Source: Podarcis cretensis (taxonomy: Eukaryota). Taken from it: 64,000 nt of DNA. Below are positions 61,680-64,000 of the stretch, piece by piece. Under the pieces are notes generated by a model. It was not told the DNA's origin, searched no databases, and saw nothing but the letters and a program-made list of their open reading frames with translations. A program made the position numbers and the translations under genes. Each line of letters starts with the position of its first letter. The first letter of the stretch is position 1. The DNA is taken from positions 12,524,001 through 12,588,000 of the forward strand of contig OX638152.1 in assembly GCA_951804945.1 (NCBI GenBank). Reading direction: 5' to 3'.

Positions 61680-62135
61680 ATTTGGCTAATTAAAAGGTCA
61701 CTAAATCATGTGCAAGCTTTCGAGTTCTCCAGAACTCTTCACCAAGAAAAGAGGGGGGAAGGACAGATATCTATTGCGCCATGCAAATGAGACACATGCC
61801 AGCTAGTCTGGTATTAGGCATACAAGCACTAATAAACTTCTCTTCCCCTGCTTTCCCCCCTTTGTTTACTGTCTAGCCTGACGAAGACATAGCTATCAAC
61901 CTTCCCTTTTTTTGTGGGAAATTTGCTTATTCCAGCGCCATTTCCCCCTGCTTCCTGCTGCTATCGCGGATTGTTAGATAACCTATAGACTGTCCCCGGG
62001 ACAGGTGAGGCTGCTGATCCATTATTTTCAAGGCTGCTGATCCCTTATTTTCAAATCTGAAAGTTGACAGCTATGCGAAGAGCTCTGGAGAACTCAAAAG
62101 CTTGCACATAATTTTGTGAATATTCAGCTGGTCAA
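61680..62135. mobile_element. Penelope-derived inverted-repeat element with two degenerate hammerhead motifs
   Basis: ATGTGCAAGCTTTCGAGTTCTCCAGAACTCTTC (61708-61740) is the inverted counterpart of GAAGAGCTCTGGAGAACTCAAAAGCTTGCACAT (62077-62109). Confidence 0.65.
61888..62075. mobile_element. MITE with 6-bp TSD
   Basis: TIRs CATAGCTATCAAC / GTTGACAGCTATG; flanked by CGAAGA at 61882-61887 and 62076-62081. Confidence 0.82.
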
Positions 62136-63379
62136 AGTATTGCAATAATATGGCCATTTTTCTTTTGGGCCAATCAGGCTTCCTTTGCTTTTTAACTGGG
62201 GTTTCCACATCACAAGCTGCCCCTGGCCCAGCCAATGGGGATGGTAAGAGTTGTTAATGACTCAAGGCAAATGGTTCTATCAGGAGAGGGAAGTTTCTTA
62301 ATGACATCCATTTAGATGGACACTTATCAGATGGCTGGTTCATTAGGAAGTGGATTGGGTCTGATGGGTGCGAGACGGCTCCCTGGGGGCGTGTCTGCTA
62401 TTTCCTGGCCTGTAAGTAATAGGCAAGTTCATGTACCATAACTTGGAGCCAGTCTTCACTGACAGATAGCGGATGTGCCAAAAACAAAAAGTAAACAAAA
62501 CCAGGTCTTTCATTTGATAAGGTGCCCAGCTGCAGCTCTGCTGTATGTAACAGAGGTGCAGTTAGGCCTCCTGGTTCTTGCTGCCAAAAAAAAAAAAAAC
62601 ATTTCACAGGGCACTCAAGCAATTCATGACAAGGAACCACAACCATTAAAAGTGTGACCTCCCTCACCTGTTCTGTTTGAAAAAGCACAGCAGGGGGCAA
62701 ACATGTACAAACAGCACAGCCTAACTCAACAGATTTGCTCTGCTGAAGCATGGTCGCAATTGCTGACTGCAAGCAGCACAAAAAGTTTGGGTTCTTTAAA
62801 AAGATTATTTAAAAAGAAGCAGCAGCAGGGAGGCCACAGGAACAGCATGGCGGAAGGAGAAGAAAATGAATTCAATCTCAAATGCCATCAGGAGGACCCA
62901 ATACATGTATTTCCCTGTTGCAATGATGGACCGACTGTGATTATCAGTTAAAAGCAGTTGGCTAGTTCAGATGACAACCATGAGCTAGGTTAAGAACTTT
63001 GGGAACTTAAAAAAGAAAGGTCACTTGATAGCAGGACAGTCCACATATATATTGGCCTATTCCAGCCTCTTTTTCTTAATGGTGACTGCTCCTGCTCAGA
63101 ATGTACAGGAAAAAGGTTTTTGGTCCCTGAAATTCATTCTGATTGTGCAGATAAAATATAACTGATAGAATTCTACAGGATGTGGTATTGGTGTGTTAAA
63201 ACAATCAAGATCCAGTGATCCCCAGGCATGCAGGGATGGTGCCCGGGCATCTCCACTTGGCTGCAAGGGGACGATAGCCAGGGTGCAAAATGCACCTGGC
63301 GCATGGCTAATTTCAAACACTGTCTAATTTCAAACACTGGCATCAGCCCTAGGACACCAAACAGCACACCATTTCACAA

Positions 63380-63680
63380 ACTACAGTTCCTGAGACACTC
63401 TGGGTACTGTGTCTCGTTCTAGATGCCACATTTTTAGGAGGAGAGTGACAAACGAGTGTGTTCAAAGGAGGGATACCAGAATGGTAAGGGGTCTGCAAAC
63501 CAAGTCCTGCAAAGCACAGCCAAAAGAGTACATTTAGCACGGAGAAGAGAAGATTCAGGAGAGGCGAGATAGCTACCTCCAAATACCTAAAAGGATTCCA
63601 CATAGAAGAGGAGGCAGATTTGCATTGTTGCCCCAGGGGGTAGGAGTGGAACCAATGGGTGTAAATTTCAGGGAACCACC
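63380..63680 (+). mobile_element. CR1 LINE ORF2 3' fragment
   Basis: TACTGTGTC..GTTC..., AGAATGGTAAGGGGTCTG, TTTAGC..GGAGAAGAGAAGA, ..CCAAATACCTAAAAGG follow the CR1 pattern. Confidence 0.65.
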
Positions 63681-64000
63681 CCTTCCATTCTAACCTTGCA
63701 AAATCTCCTCTTCTTCCTCTTGCTTACCATCCTTGCCCTTTCTGTTTCCAGAGCATGTCAATCTGTTAGCGATGCCAGTGCACAAGAGGGAAGAGGCACA
63801 ACTGCAAGGGGGCTGGCAGGCCATCCCAAACACCTTGATGGGCCTGATCTGGCCCATGGGTTGGAGGTTCCCTACCCCTGACCCACAGGATGGGAGAACT
63901 ACCAGAAAGACTCTTCCTATTTTGAATGACCAGGGATAGCTCAGTTGGTTAATAACCCCAAGCTTGTTAGGGAGAAATGATGTCTAAAGAAACTGTTAAA

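Noticed and set aside
1-64000. The many 60-190 aa ORFs in the six-frame track
   Set aside because: Apart from those assigned above, they lie in SINEs, MITEs or introns, often use non-ATG starts, and show no protein motifs.

Overview
Vertebrate genomic DNA from a squamate, most likely a lacertid lizard, judging by its Sauria/POM-type SINEs, BovB and Squam3-like SINEs. The window covers the conserved PRCP-DDIAS-RAB30 locus. PRCP exon 1 (minus) and DDIAS (plus; 4 coding exons, about 958 aa) share a bidirectional CpG-island promoter at about 6.8-7.4 kb. RAB30 (minus; 4 coding exons, 203 aa) is convergent with DDIAS, and the last ~23 kb are most likely its large first intron. The main accessory feature is in the DDIAS intron after the ATG exon: a very young, complete Buster-family hAT transposon (perfect 15-bp TIRs, perfect 8-bp TSD). 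Its 626-aa transposase frame is broken only by a 2.46-kb nested L1-derived retroelement with a 21-22 bp TSD. That L1 keeps its 5' end and A-rich tail but lacks the endonuclease and RT, leaving a compact two-ORF unit (truncated ORF1, then the ORF2 C-terminal Cys domain). Other points of interest are a Penelope-type minimal hammerhead ribozyme on the PRCP sense strand, a degenerate inverted hammerhead pair, two solo LTRs in sense orientation to RAB30, candidate RAB30 5'-UTR exons, and many MITEs and SINEs with readable TSDs. No prokaryotic-type systems (CRISPR, operons) are present. Gene identities rest on my recall of the vertebrate proteins, not on a database search.
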